The notes: generated by a model from the sequence alone, not told the origin. Counted from the first letter of the stretch, positions 1 through 11,000 are shown. The stretch is 64,000 nt of DNA from Sulfolobales archaeon HS-7 (GCA_019704295.1 AP024596.1:1728001-1792000); one strand, 5' to 3'. Numbers and translations are program-made.

Positions 1-2
1 AC

Positions 3-1532
3 GTAATAACTGAGCTGCAAAATAATAGAATAGATACGGAAATAGCGCTACCACATGTCTTTATTGCGTATGATGACAATAAAGGGCTATACACGTATAA
101 CGTGGTCGAACCAGAAATAGATTCGACAGCAATGTCTATTTACATTGATATAATTGGAACATTAGAACGGAAACTTATTGAGGAAGGTTCAAAGCTTTCA
201 ATATCGTCAATAATAAAGGACGTTGCAAGTCTTCATAAGACGCTAATAAATACAGAAGACCAAACAAGATTAACGCTGAGTACGCCAGGAAAGATCGCCT
301 TATACTATTTCTTCAGGAATGTCTTTGGGTATAATATACTCACCACGTTACTTACGGACCCGCGAATTGAAGACATATCTATAGGTGGAATAGGACAACC
401 CGTTTACGTCTATCACAGAGAATATGAGTATATACCTACAAATATCACAATAAATGATATAATGAAAGTTAATAATGTGATCAAGGATGGAAAAGAACTT
501 TTGGATCAAATTCTCCTAAGATTTGTATTTTTAGCGAATAAGACTATATCAATTGCCAACCCGATCGCTGATGGAGTTCTTCCCACGGGTTCACGTATAG
601 CAGCGACTTTTCGAAACGAGATATCAGTCAGAGGTTCAAGTATGGTGATAAGAAAGTTCGCTGGAAGACCAATTACTGTACTCGACCTCATAAATAGCAA
701 CGTTATGTCGCCTGAAGCTGCCGCATTTTTATGGTATGCAATAGACATGAAAATGACGTTCATGGTAATGGGCGTTACTGGTGCAGGAAAAACCACAGTG
801 CTTAATGCGATTCTCAACTTAGTCAAGGACACTAATAAGATAGTATCCATAGAGGATATCCCTGAATTAAGGCTGGCTAATGAGAATTGGATACAGCTTG
901 TCAGCCGACCCGCTTACGGAGATACTGGGAAGGAAATCTCTCTAATGGATTTAGTAAAACTCTCACTAAGGTATAGGCCGGATATAATAATTGTAGGAGA
1001 AATAAGGGGGCAGGAGGCCTACGTTTTATTTCAAGCGATCTCTACCGGGCATGGAGGCGCTACAACCTTCCACGCATACGATATAGATTCCGCCACGAAA
1101 AGACTGATAAACAACCCATTGAATATACCAGAGGCATGGATTCCTATGATGAATTTAGGAATCGTCGTCAGAAGACTTCCGGTCTTTATAGGAGATAAAA
1201 TGGTATTAAGAAGAAGAATTGTATCAATTGATGAGATAGTTGAGTATAACGATTTTAGAAGAGTAGTAAGCTGGGATCCAAGACGTGACGCTCATGTACT
1301 CGATATTGAGAATTCAAAAGTTATGAGAAACAGACTCGAAGAGTCGGGAAAGACCTTAGAAGAAGCCAAGGAGGAGATAGAAAGAAGAACAGCATATTTG
1401 AAAGCGTTAACTAAAATACCACAAATAGTCCAAAGCGATGAGAGTTATAAGGAGCTTAAAAAGTACATAGTGAAGTATAGTATAAGACCAGAGGAAGCGA
1501 TAAAGGAAGTTACGATGCAGGTCAGGACGTGA
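3..1532 (+). CDS. aapE: Type II/IV secretion (pilus assembly) ATPase, AapE-like; 5'-truncated by the window edge
   Basis: The frame is open from position 3. It has Walker A GVTGAGKTT, Asp box SIEDIPEL, Walker B LRYRPDIIIVGEIRG and His box TGHG..TFHA. It is followed by an Fe-S oxidoreductase and ppa, as in Sulfolobus aap loci. Confidence 0.85.
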   Translation, partial: VITELQNNRIDTEIALPHVFIAYDDNKGLYTYNVVEPEIDSTAMSIYIDIIGTLERKLIEEGSKLSISSIIKDVASLHKTLINTEDQTRLTLSTPGKIALYYFFRNVFGYNILTTLLTDPRIEDISIGGIGQPVYVYHREYEYIPTNITINDIMKVNNVIKDGKELLDQILLRFVFLANKTISIANPIADGVLPTGSRIAATFRNEISVRGSSMVIRKFAGRPITVLDLINSNVMSPEAAAFLWYAIDMKMTFMVMGVTGAGKTTVLNAILNLVKDTNKIVSIEDIPELRLANENWIQLVSRPAYGDTGKEISLMDLVKLSLRYRPDIIIVGEIRGQEAYVLFQAISTGHGGATTFHAYDIDSATKRLINNPLNIPEAWIPMMNLGIVVRRLPVFIGDKMVLRRRIVSIDEIVEYNDFRRVVSWDPRRDAHVLDIENSKVMRNRLEESGKTLEEAKEEIERRTAYLKALTKIPQIVQSDESYKELKKYIVKYSIRPEEAIKEVTMQVRT

Positions 1533-1721
1533 ATACACCGCTTTGATATAAAAAACAATCTTAATTAGTTGAACACATTCACTAGTTTTATAAGTTATTT
1601 CCTTTTAAGTTAAAAAAAGAACATGTAGAATAAAATTTCTGATTATCTGAATTATAGAGAATTGCGAACTAAAACTTTTATTATTTTAAAGTAATCAGGT
1701 ATATAAGGTTAGAGTGACGGC

Positions 1722-3959
1722 TTGATGTTAGATGCGTCCATATTCAGTAGAGCAATGAGCGGTATGAATGTTGACGATTTGAAGAAACTTCAAGCTGACA
1801 CCGACGTACTCATTCTGGGAAGAGGGACTTCAATGACAGGGACTATCTTAGGAATAAAGGCTAAAAGAACAGATATAGCGAAGGATAAACTTGATAATGG
1901 GAAATTAATAGAAAAAGATACCGAGAGAGATGGACTATACTATTACAGGGTAGCGGCTGGAGCTAAGTTCTCTGACGTTATATCAACGCTTTCGAGCGAA
2001 AATATGGTACCTGCTATCTTCCCTCTATATTTGGAGGGAACAGTTGGAGGGTTTGTAGCGACTAATGGTTCTGGATTCGGAAGTTACAGATATGGATTCG
2101 TCTCCTTTAAAAAGAAAACTGGAGAGCTAATTGATAATAACGTAGCTAAGATTGCCGCTGTACCTTACATGGAGCTAATTGAGACAGATTACGAGGTAGA
2201 CATAGCTTGGTCGGGTCTTATAATACAGGATGCTGTAAAATATTATGTTCCCCAGGATCTTGCAGAAAAGGTAGGTATAAATGGTAAGCCGGTTAAAATT
2301 AGCGAAATAATCGCTATCATAAATTCAATGGTATCCCTTTCCTTCTCTCGTGAATATATACCAGTTATCTTGAGAGGGGAAGTAGGGATTAAGGATAAAA
2401 TTCCAAATTTTTTTACCCCAATAATAGGTTACGTGATAAAGTATAACTCTCCGGACGCCCAAAATGTAATACTAGGTAAAGTTAAACAGTCAGAATTAGA
2501 TGAATTATTCAAGTTCCTAAAAAAGGAAACCAAGATCCTGCCTTTTCCCTCCTTGACAACGTACACAGAAGTACACAAAAAAATTATGAATGATTATAAA
2601 GGAGTAAAAATACCGACGAAGTACGTAAGCATTAAGGACGCTTTCCTCGACGCAACAATGTGTATCAACTGTGGAAAATGTATAGATACATGTAAGGCCT
2701 TTGAAGTGTCCCGAAATTTAGATAACTCTGCTGTAGGGAGATTGAATAGAGTATCAATAGGTGAGACGGATTTCCTACCATGCTTCGGTTGCACAAGATG
2801 CGAGGAAGTTTGCCCGGTGGGAATTAAGATATCTAGTATAACTGAAATACTACCTAGATTAAGTAAAGAGAGAAAAATAGAACCAATAGAAACTTCCCCT
2901 GCTACTCCCATGGCAAGGTCACTAGAGGCAAAAATTGACGAAAAATACAGAAATAGACCGCCTGTCTTACTTTTCGTGGGCTGTACATCAAAGTATGACC
3001 CTGTAGGATTAGAAGGATTTCTACAGTTCCTACTTGATTACGGAGATGAACTAAAGGCTTCTCCTCGGGCAAGACTTATTGACGACATTTCATGTAGTTT
3101 CAACAAATACGTTGCAGGCGACGTTGAAGGGGCGAAAAATGAACTCATGAAAATTGTAGAGAAGAAGAAGATAAATAACGCTGAATCCGTATACTTTCTA
3201 TGCCCAGAGGAAATGTACGTTTATCAAAACCTTATTGACAAAAACGTTAAGTTGGGATATGAACTACTTAAGGACAAAATATCAGTTAATATTCATAAGG
3301 GATGCTGGTTGAAGAAATTAGGTATTGTTAACAATTCTGACGAATGTGCTGGTAATTACTATACCGTTTATATGAATAATCTGGTCAAATCATACATTAG
3401 GGACACACCAGTTTGCCCTTTCGCCTCATGGAAAACTGGAAAACCGTCAGTTTACGCATTATTTAGGAAAAATATTTCTGAGGAAGTAAAAACCCAAGCT
3501 AAAGTAAATAAAGAATTAAATTTGAGCGAAATATTTTATTTAGCCATAAGAGAGGCTACCTTGAATTCAGCGGAATATATGGCCGATAAGTTAAATAATT
3601 GGAAATTAGGAGGCAGGAATTTTTACAAGAGTATTATAACACCTTATGTAAAAAAGGAGTTATATGTAGCCCTTGTAGGAAAGTTAAAGACTATTAAGGA
3701 TGAATTAAAAGAACGGAGCATAGACGATCCTTATTTACAAGCAGAGATTGACAAAGCTGTCGATGAAATAAAGGGAATGAGTTGGGAACCTTTGTTGATG
3801 GAAATTAGAAATAGAGTTATTAATTCAGCTAAACTCGACTATTTAAACAGGACAATTGCAGAATCGAAGGAGTTTCTAGACGTTCTTAGTGAAATAGCAT
3901 CATCTATGATACAAAAAAATATAATTATAGATGCAATACGAACAGTATATTATTCATAA
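1722..3959 (+). CDS. aapX: FAD-binding / 2x[4Fe-4S] / CCG-domain oxidoreductase, AapX-like
   Basis: PCMH-type FAD motif GTVGGFVATNGSG, ferredoxin motifs CINCGKCIDTC and CFGCTRCEEVCP, and a CCG-like LFVGC. It lies directly after the pilus ATPase. Confidence 0.7.
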   Translation: MMLDASIFSRAMSGMNVDDLKKLQADTDVLILGRGTSMTGTILGIKAKRTDIAKDKLDNGKLIEKDTERDGLYYYRVAAGAKFSDVISTLSSENMVPAIFPLYLEGTVGGFVATNGSGFGSYRYGFVSFKKKTGELIDNNVAKIAAVPYMELIETDYEVDIAWSGLIIQDAVKYYVPQDLAEKVGINGKPVKISEIIAIINSMVSLSFSREYIPVILRGEVGIKDKIPNFFTPIIGYVIKYNSPDAQNVILGKVKQSELDELFKFLKKETKILPFPSLTTYTEVHKKIMNDYKGVKIPTKYVSIKDAFLDATMCINCGKCIDTCKAFEVSRNLDNSAVGRLNRVSIGETDFLPCFGCTRCEEVCPVGIKISSITEILPRLSKERKIEPIETSPATPMARSLEAKIDEKYRNRPPVLLFVGCTSKYDPVGLEGFLQFLLDYGDELKASPRARLIDDISCSFNKYVAGDVEGAKNELMKIVEKKKINNAESVYFLCPEEMYVYQNLIDKNVKLGYELLKDKISVNIHKGCWLKKLGIVNNSDECAGNYYTVYMNNLVKSYIRDTPVCPFASWKTGKPSVYALFRKNISEEVKTQAKVNKELNLSEIFYLAIREATLNSAEYMADKLNNWKLGGRNFYKSIITPYVKKELYVALVGKLKTIKDELKERSIDDPYLQAEIDKAVDEIKGMSWEPLLMEIRNRVINSAKLDYLNRTIAESKEFLDVLSEIASSMIQKNIIIDAIRTVYYS

Positions 3960-4154
3960 CATTAACTAATTTTCAGTAAGTACTAGTCTAAAGATTATAA
4001 GTTCAAGATATAAGAATAACACATGTTCCGGAGTTTAATGGTAGTATTGTCTATAGAGTATTACGAGAGGTTAAATGTCTTGCTAATATCTAGAACTAAA
4101 GGCCGGTTTAGCAACTCTACATTAATTATTAGACAGTTGTAAAGTTTCGGCTTA

Positions 4155-4445
4155 GTAAACACTCCCATTGTTGACAGAAGGGGATTCGTCCCTCTCAGCT
4201 ACCCCTTTACCTAAAGGACTCTACACTCTATGAGGGCCGTACCCCTGAAGTTAACGTTAGTATCCTAGATAGGACCGCTCATATGGGCAGAGGCATTCCA
4301 CATGGATCTTAGCTTAGACCTCACGAAATAGCTTTCTCCGTGGATGACTACCGTTTATATTCTGGGCGCTAAGCGATAGTCAAACTTATAAAAAGGGACT
4401 ATTCGCCCTTGCAGGTCTTCCTCCCCTTTGAATTTCCAAATGAAG
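4155..4445 (-). mobile_element. Non-autonomous IS200/IS605-derived mini-element (degenerate, omega-RNA-like)
   Basis: Minus strand: TTTAT (4450-4446), left end CTTCATTTGGAAATTCAAAGGGG, TATA-like TTTTTATAAG, scaffold GGGGTACGGCCCT, right end GTGTTTAC. It aligns by eye with 43464-43744 and 8241-8527. Confidence 0.7.
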
Positions 4446-4901
4446 ATAAAGGGACTAAGATACACCGAATCACTTAGTTACGCCGAGATCCACTAGATCA
4501 AACCTGTTCGATAAGCTGAACATATATAACAAGGAACCCATGAGGAGCGTAATAATAGTAAACCAAATCTTTCCTTTCGTCTACTGAACCAGAAGATGTT
4601 CGTTCCCTAATTCAGGGAGATTCAGGTATACATCGCGAATTGTAATTATTGCATGTAAAGATTAAATAAAGGAAATTGTTAAGTGCGAATCTCTACCTAG
4701 TCCATACGATTGGATTTAATTAAATTCATTCTATGTCTCTAAATAAACCGAATTCGCAATTAACACATGAACAGTCAGTAATCCATGCGAATGATCATCC
4801 ACTACGATTAAAGTGAGAAAAATCACTTTTTTTAAAAATATGTAGAGAATATTAGCCCCAGGATGTTTTCGCAGTCTTAAGCTCGTTGACGAATAGCTAA
4901 T

Positions 4902-5414
4902 TTACGCCGTCCTTCTTACGGAGCTAACTATTATTTTCCTTGCCTCTTCCACATCACCCCATCCGGATATTTTAACCCATTTGTTAGGTTCAAGTTCCTT
5001 ATAATGTTCGAAGAAGTGTACTATCTTATTCTTTACATGTTCATTTATATCCTTAACGTCCTTTATGGATGAAAAGCTAGGATCTATTTTATCCTTGGGA
5101 ACGGCTATTATCTTCTCATCGTTTCCCTCTTCATCTTGCATTTTCATAACGCCTACAGGCCTGGCCTCCACAACTGTTCCTGGTAAAAACGGAACGTTAG
5201 CTATTATCAATACATCTAAGGGATCTCCGTCGTCAGCCATAGTTCCCGGTATAAAACCATAGTTAAACGGATAAACCATCGACGTATAGAGAACCCTATC
5301 TACTTTAATTACTCCTTGTTCTTCATCGTATTCATACTTTACATTCGAACCCATCGGAATTTCAACAAGCACATTCACAAGTTCTGGGGTTTTATTCCCT
5401 GGACTAAGTTTCAT
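4902..5414 (-). CDS. ppa: Inorganic pyrophosphatase
   Basis: [11 protein letters not shown] and the DGDPLD signature. Confidence 0.97.
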   Translation of the reverse strand: MKLSPGNKTPELVNVLVEIPMGSNVKYEYDEEQGVIKVDRVLYTSMVYPFNYGFIPGTMADDGDPLDVLIIANVPFLPGTVVEARPVGVMKMQDEEGNDEKIIAVPKDKIDPSFSSIKDVKDINEHVKNKIVHFFEHYKELEPNKWVKISGWGDVEEARKIIVSSVRRTA

Positions 5415-5423
5415 AGAGATGCA

Positions 5424-5960
5424 TTACAAGTTTAAGTTATAAGTTTTTAGGAGTTCCAACACAGAATCCCTTGCAAAAGAATAATCTCTGTCAAGATAAT
5501 CTTTAAGTTGTTTCATATATGTTTCCTTTATTTCGGAGGTATCAGGGGCAATCTTCTCGTATCTTATAGCTTGGATAATTGAAGAAATAATATCACCTAA
5601 TTTCGCTAGTTTCGCCTCATAGGTACTCCTCTCTTTTAATTCCTTAGCATATTCCTTTGGTACTCCTAGCCCAAGCAGCGCCTCAAATTCGACGTTGTCT
5701 TTCTCTTGAATTCTTTCTGATGCCCACTTCGGAATATCCCCTAGAAGAACCTCCCCCACATCATGGAGTAAGGCCAAAGTCGACGCCCTATCACAATTTA
5801 CATTGATATCCTTAAGTGAGATGCATATATTTAGAGTTAATATAGCGGCCTCAAAACTATGTTCGGCTACTGTCTCCCCTAACGCAGGGGGAACTCCCCT
5901 TTGCATCCATCCGGTTCGAATTAGATTCTTAGTACCCGCTGTAATTCTCTCAATATTCAA
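5424..5960 (-). CDS. HD-domain hydrolase (YfbR/5'-deoxynucleotidase-like)
   Basis: RTGW...ETVAEHS...ALLHD motifs. Confidence 0.85.
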   Translation of the reverse strand: MNIERITAGTKNLIRTGWMQRGVPPALGETVAEHSFEAAILTLNICISLKDINVNCDRASTLALLHDVGEVLLGDIPKWASERIQEKDNVEFEALLGLGVPKEYAKELKERSTYEAKLAKLGDIISSIIQAIRYEKIAPDTSEIKETYMKQLKDYLDRDYSFARDSVLELLKTYNLNL

Positions 5961-7288
5961 ATCATTTCCACCACGCTGTTCAATGTTTTTAAAAATTTAT
6001 CCACATCCCTTTCCCAAAATCTAATCATAGCTTCTTTACCTTTCATACCCCTATCAAATATAACGTTACTTAAGCTCTGCGAATTGGCGACTATTTTCCC
6101 TATCCACGCCATAGTCCCCCCCTCCGGACCAGAGGGCTCTTCCTCCCTGTTAATTTCAAGGGGAACGTAACCCAATTTCCTAAACGCTTCGAGAATTCCT
6201 TCATCAAACCTTATGTTCATCAAAATCACAGCGTTAATCCCATTTCCTATTAAGGAATGAAGTAGTCTTGCAGTATGGGTAGTCCTGCAGAATACAGGTG
6301 GATTATTTACTTTTACCTGATCGTCTCCATACTTGGTTATTCTCCCTTTAAACGTAGCAATATCACAAAGGTCTATTACGTATCTCGGGTCGGATGCGTG
6401 AGCAATATTCGATTGAACCTCAGGTATTAGTTTATAAAAACCTCGCTTATTCGCAACGAAGTTATCAATTTCTAACATATTAACATAAGTTTTCCAACGG
6501 GCTCTCTCTCTATGTAGGTGAGCTAAAGGCTGGAATACGCTGTTGCCTAGGCCAGGAGTTTTACTAAATTCTATTCCTATCTCCATTAACTCTATTGACT
6601 TTCTTAACCCGTCCTTCACACTGTAACCTTGAGCTAGAAAGCCTGCCAGATATGACGCTAAAGCAGAACCTGTTCCGTGTACGGTGTTCCTAATGCTCCT
6701 TTTATGGCGGAACTCCACTACCTCTTCCTCCGTAAACAGTATATCTACGACCTCATTTAGTGGAAGATGTCCTCCTTTTATTATAATATTTCTTACGTTG
6801 AAGACATCGTAAATTTTCCTTGCCGCGACCTTCATTGTATCTACATCAGTTATCCTTACTCCTGTTAATTTTTCTGCCTCAGGAACGTTTGGAGTAATGG
6901 CTAGCGAGTCCTTTACTATATACTTCGTATATTCATCGAAATCCTTTATCAGGGTCGTCCCATCCTTAGCAATTATTACAGGGTCTACTACGAATTTCTT
7001 ATCAGTGAGGAGTTGTCTCACGATCCTTGCTTGCCCACCCGTGTAAATCATTCCAGTTTTCGCATAGGGAAAGTCGAAATCCTCCTTAAGCACCTCTATT
7101 TGCTTGGCTAAAACCTCTTCGGGAATAGGGAATATTCCCCTAATCCCTAAGGAATTTTGGAAAGTTATTGCAGTCTGTACTCCTATCCCATGTACACCTA
7201 TGGATTCCAGCGTTTTAAGGTCAGACTCTACTCCTGCTCCATTACCTGTGTCAAACCCCCCTATTGTTAATACTACGTCTTTATCCAT
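5957..7288 (-). CDS. thiDN: Bifunctional HMP/HMP-P kinase - thiamine-phosphate synthase ThiN
   Basis: N-terminal ThiD ([26 protein letters not shown]) and C-terminal ThiN ([20 protein letters not shown]). Confidence 0.9.
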   Translation of the reverse strand: MDKDVVLTIGGFDTGNGAGVESDLKTLESIGVHGIGVQTAITFQNSLGIRGIFPIPEEVLAKQIEVLKEDFDFPYAKTGMIYTGGQARIVRQLLTDKKFVVDPVIIAKDGTTLIKDFDEYTKYIVKDSLAITPNVPEAEKLTGVRITDVDTMKVAARKIYDVFNVRNIIIKGGHLPLNEVVDILFTEEEVVEFRHKRSIRNTVHGTGSALASYLAGFLAQGYSVKDGLRKSIELMEIGIEFSKTPGLGNSVFQPLAHLHRERARWKTYVNMLEIDNFVANKRGFYKLIPEVQSNIAHASDPRYVIDLCDIATFKGRITKYGDDQVKVNNPPVFCRTTHTARLLHSLIGNGINAVILMNIRFDEGILEAFRKLGYVPLEINREEEPSGPEGGTMAWIGKIVANSQSLSNVIFDRGMKGKEAMIRFWERDVDKFLKTLNSVVEMI

Positions 7289-7973
7289 TCTTCTTTACCC
7301 TCGTGTTTCCCGCAACTACCCAAAACTCTCCGTCATCCCTACGCTCTAATTTCCAAATTCCAGTAGTATGCTTTACTAATTCCAAAGCCTCCTCAACTGC
7401 TCTTATTGCGTCCTTTCTCCCCCTCCCCAAGGCCATTATCAGAATAACGTCATCGCCAGGATGGATATCTCCAATTACATGAACGATCTTCAGTTTTAAT
7501 AGGTCGCGGTATTTACTTTCTATTTCGCGCCTTATCTCCTCCAATCTTTTTCTAGTGTAGTCCTCATAGACCTCATATGATAACGAGGAAACCTTATGCC
7601 CTTCTACAATACCCTTCACGAAACCGAGGTAAATAACTAACGAACCTGCCTCCTCGGGAGCTTCCTTTCTAAATTGGGCAATTTCGTTTAAGAGATCCAA
7701 TCGTTTTCCAATGAGCAACTCGCCCCCCGAAGGAGGGGGGAGGAATGCAACCTCTGCTCCGTCAGTTAAATTATTATCTATTTTTCCATTGACAAGGATC
7801 GAGATTCTTATCGAACCTATGCCATACTTTATTATATTGTAGAACTTTTCTCCATATTCCTTAGATAACTCTTTCACCAAACAATCTACATCGTTACATG
7901 ACGTCTCGATATCCTCTTCCGCTCTTCCTGTAAGATCTCTTAGAAGTGCGAAATATCTTATATGTAGTTTCAT
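7281..7973 (-). CDS. moaDE: Fused MoaD (ubiquitin-like) - MoaE molybdopterin synthase
   Basis: Beta-grasp N-terminus (IRYFALLRD ... FLPPPSGG) followed by MoaE (LSYEVY, IWKLE). Confidence 0.9.
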   Translation of the reverse strand: MKLHIRYFALLRDLTGRAEEDIETSCNDVDCLVKELSKEYGEKFYNIIKYGIGSIRISILVNGKIDNNLTDGAEVAFLPPPSGGELLIGKRLDLLNEIAQFRKEAPEEAGSLVIYLGFVKGIVEGHKVSSLSYEVYEDYTRKRLEEIRREIESKYRDLLKLKIVHVIGDIHPGDDVILIMALGRGRKDAIRAVEEALELVKHTTGIWKLERRDDGEFWVVAGNTRVKKNG

Positions 7974-8240
7974 AAATCTAAACTAGGTTATGTAAATATT
8001 ATTTTTACACGTTTTGAGGCGGGCTAAGATGTTCTGATCACTGCTACCCGACGACGCTAGTAATTCCTTAATTAAATGTTACGCCAACATTCACTATAGT
8101 TTTACGCGAGAGTAAATGCGCAAAAAAGCTAACTCATCAGCATAACTCCTAATGGTACGTAGTGACAAAAGCTTGTATTCCATCGCTTAGTAAGATTATT
8201 ACTAAACGTTATGACAGTACACCAGACATTCTTAGATTAT

Positions 8241-8527
8241 GTGAACTAGCCCCACCGACAGACTTCCTGATTCACAACTACGTCTTGCTGGTCGTAGAGG
8301 GCCCCACAGGCTCTGAGGGTCGTACCGACCACGAGGTGAGCTTAACACCGATGTATTACACCACTGATGGGAGCAGAGGCGAACGGCGTAGACGCTTTCT
8401 TATGCGTCTCGGTAACGCTTACTCCTTCGCGAATATCACTGAGCTGAGTGCGTCCCTTTTCACATCTAACATTAATTGTAAAGGAGACTATGCATCCCTA
8501 ATCGGTCTACCCATTACCACTATTAAG
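8241..8527 (-). mobile_element. Non-autonomous IS200/IS605-derived mini-element (omega-RNA-like)
   Basis: Minus strand: TTTAT (8532-8528), left end CTTAAT..., scaffold GGTACGACCCTCAGAGCCTGTGGGGCCCCTCTAC..GCAAG..TGAATCAGGAAG, right end TAGTTCAC at 8241. It is homologous to the 3' end of the tnpB element at 54723-54830. Confidence 0.8.
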
Positions 8528-8596
8528 ATAAAATTGTAATAAGGTGGCTATATATTATCATAATCTAAATCCACGTTATAAAATTGGGCAAGCTTC

Positions 8597-9307
8597 CTAC
8601 TCATCGTTATCTTTTCCGATAACTGCTGTGACTAAGGCGTCTTCTTGAGGAACTCCTATGAATTTCGGGGTTCCATTAACAGCCACAGTAGGGACTGACA
8701 TAACCTGATATTTATCTGCTATATCTGGATTTTCGTAGGCCTCCACTACTTCTGAGTGAATTAACGGCTTATTGTTTCGGTAAGCCTCGTAAGCGACCAT
8801 ATGCGCAGTGAGGGCAGCGTATGGACAGTACGGGCACGAGGGGGTCACTATCGTTTCTATTTTAGCCTCCCTATCAAGGGTTTTCAGTGTCTCAACAGTC
8901 TCAGGACTCAGACCGCTATCTCTTTGTGACAATCTTATAATTGTTTCAATAAGTGCTCTAATCTCCTCTCCTATAGGTGCTCCAGTCCATCTTAAGTAAC
9001 CGTCGAGAAAAGCGACTGTAGGAACTCTTTCAACATTAAATTTCTTGAAGACCTCCTGTGACGCGGGATCCTCTTTATCCACTACCTTAACCCTCAACAG
9101 GTATCCTTGATCTATCTTTGGGGAACTATCCTTTACGTACTCCATAAGTTTAACTGTCAAATCACAGTATCTACACTCCCTGTTCTTACTGTCCGTAAAA
9201 ACGTAAACCTCTACCTGTTCCTTCATATCCTTGAGCGCTTCAACGAGAGCGTTTTTCATTTCCTCGTTGAATAACTCTGAATATTCCTCCTCTGACATAA
9301 TTAGCAC
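8597..9307 (-). CDS. Protein disulfide oxidoreductase (PDO, two thioredoxin folds)
   Basis: CRYC and CPYC motifs. The true start is probably the ATG near 9298. Confidence 0.9.
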   Translation of the reverse strand: MLIMSEEEYSELFNEEMKNALVEALKDMKEQVEVYVFTDSKNRECRYCDLTVKLMEYVKDSSPKIDQGYLLRVKVVDKEDPASQEVFKKFNVERVPTVAFLDGYLRWTGAPIGEEIRALIETIIRLSQRDSGLSPETVETLKTLDREAKIETIVTPSCPYCPYAALTAHMVAYEAYRNNKPLIHSEVVEAYENPDIADKYQVMSVPTVAVNGTPKFIGVPQEDALVTAVIGKDNDE

Positions 9308-9352
9308 CTAATTTTTCTCTACTTTTCTATATTTAAGTTTTGTTACTAATAA

Positions 9353-10969
9353 CTATAAATTCCTCCTTACTCCGACTTTACCTTTCAGCTCGCTTTCATT
9401 TATTACAACGTATATTGTCTCCTCTCCCACTTCCTCTCCTTTAATCCCGAATGTGGATGGCAAGTAAACTGTTTTGTCTTCGGATAGGGAGAGAGCTGCT
9501 GATGGACTCTTTACCTTGATACTCGGCGAGTCAACGAATTTTGAAATTCCTACTCCATCAATATAACCAACGCTTTCTCCAGAACCTACTCTTACAATTT
9601 TTCTTTTAATTTCAAAGTCAAATTCCTTAGGTTCACATATTTCCGAACTTATTATTAATACGTCTCCCACCCCTCTTTTCATTGCCTCGCATGCCACACT
9701 ACTTCCGGCGTAAAGTATTCTGGATATACCTGAGAAACTTAAAGAAGGTTCTTCCTCTCCTATCACGGTATAACCTGAAAAGGTGTTAATTAGCTTCACT
9801 GAAACCGGTTCGTTTACATTAACGCTTTCTCCACGCCTTAAATGAACGTAGCCATCAGAGAGAGTAAATGCGCCTATCATATAACTATCAAAAGGGGGTA
9901 AGTAAGCATAAACTTGACTTTTGCCTCGTAGGAGAATCGCTGGGAGAAACGCGTCTCTTCTTCTATCTCCTTTAATTTCATTTAAACTGTTTGCAATGAT
10001 CTCCCTTCTCTCAGTGAAGTCTAAAATCGATTTAACTAACTCCTCGAATACAATTGTAGCTGAAACAGGATTCCCAGGCAATCCAACTACTACCTTATCG
10101 TTAATAAGAGAGGCTATTGTTGGTTTCCCTGGTTTAATATCTATCCCGTAGAAAATTATTGTCCCTTTTTCAATTAATATTTTATTGACGTAATCCCTCT
10201 CACCTGCACTCGTACCTCCTACAGTTATGATTAGGTCAGAATCGTTTAACGCGGTCAGAATTTCTTTCTCCACTTTTTCCCTAACATCGGTTACGTAGAC
10301 CCTTCTAATTACAGTAGATCCCATTTCCTTAAAAGCTGCCTGCAGGAAATAGCCGTTAGAATCGAAAATTTTAGGTGCAAAATAACTGTTCACCCCTGGT
10401 TCAATTATCTCATTTCCAGTAATAATTATACTAACAGACATTGGTTTGTACACTCGAACCTTGGAAATTCCCTGAGAAGCTAGAAGAGACACCTTATAAG
10501 CCGAGATCCTTTCTCCCTTGCCTAATATCATTGTACTTTTTGATATGTCGCTCCCTATTATAGCGACGTTATCCCATGGATTTACTTTCCTCCCTACCAA
10601 CAAATGGTTTTCTCTCCTAGATGTGTCTTCAACTTTAACTACTGCATTTGCTCCATGTGGTAGGATGGATCCGGTATCGACCTCCACCGCCTGCCTTCCC
10701 TCTACCTTTACTTCTTTCGCTTCACCAATCTCTACTTTGTCGATTACCGCGAAGTCGCCAGGACTCAATTCCGACTTAATTGCGTATCCATCTACCGTAG
10801 ACCTAGAGAATGGCGGTAAGTTAATATTGGCATATACCTCCTCCGCAGATATGAAATTAAGTGAATCTAATAGGTTTACTTCAACAACTTGCCGTCTAAT
10901 TAACTTGGATAATCTCTCTCTAGCCTCATCAAGGGTTATAAGTTCCTCGTCGTTAAGAGTAATCCTCAT
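9353..10969 (-). CDS. moeA: Molybdopterin molybdenumtransferase MoeA with C-terminal extension
   Basis: PPFSRSTVDGYA, TGNE, GGTSAG.RD, IKPGKP and LPGNPVS motifs. Confidence 0.92.
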   Translation of the reverse strand: MRITLNDEELITLDEARERLSKLIRRQVVEVNLLDSLNFISAEEVYANINLPPFSRSTVDGYAIKSELSPGDFAVIDKVEIGEAKEVKVEGRQAVEVDTGSILPHGANAVVKVEDTSRRENHLLVGRKVNPWDNVAIIGSDISKSTMILGKGERISAYKVSLLASQGISKVRVYKPMSVSIIITGNEIIEPGVNSYFAPKIFDSNGYFLQAAFKEMGSTVIRRVYVTDVREKVEKEILTALNDSDLIITVGGTSAGERDYVNKILIEKGTIIFYGIDIKPGKPTIASLINDKVVVGLPGNPVSATIVFEELVKSILDFTERREIIANSLNEIKGDRRRDAFLPAILLRGKSQVYAYLPPFDSYMIGAFTLSDGYVHLRRGESVNVNEPVSVKLINTFSGYTVIGEEEPSLSFSGISRILYAGSSVACEAMKRGVGDVLIISSEICEPKEFDFEIKRKIVRVGSGESVGYIDGVGISKFVDSPSIKVKSPSAALSLSEDKTVYLPSTFGIKGEEVGEETIYVVINESELKGKVGVRRNL

Positions 10970-11000
10970 AAAAAAATGAAAGAATCTAAAACTATTAACT

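Noticed and set aside
4423-4445. ORB-like motif (TTCATTTGGAAATTCAAAGGGG) suggesting a replication origin
   Set aside because: It is the left end of the mini-element, with a second copy at 43722-43744. There are no clustered inverted ORBs and no orc1/cdc6 or whiP gene in the window.
8162-8539. 125-aa ORF on the + strand
   Set aside because: It is an antisense read-through of the non-coding mini-element 8241-8527 and has no protein motifs.
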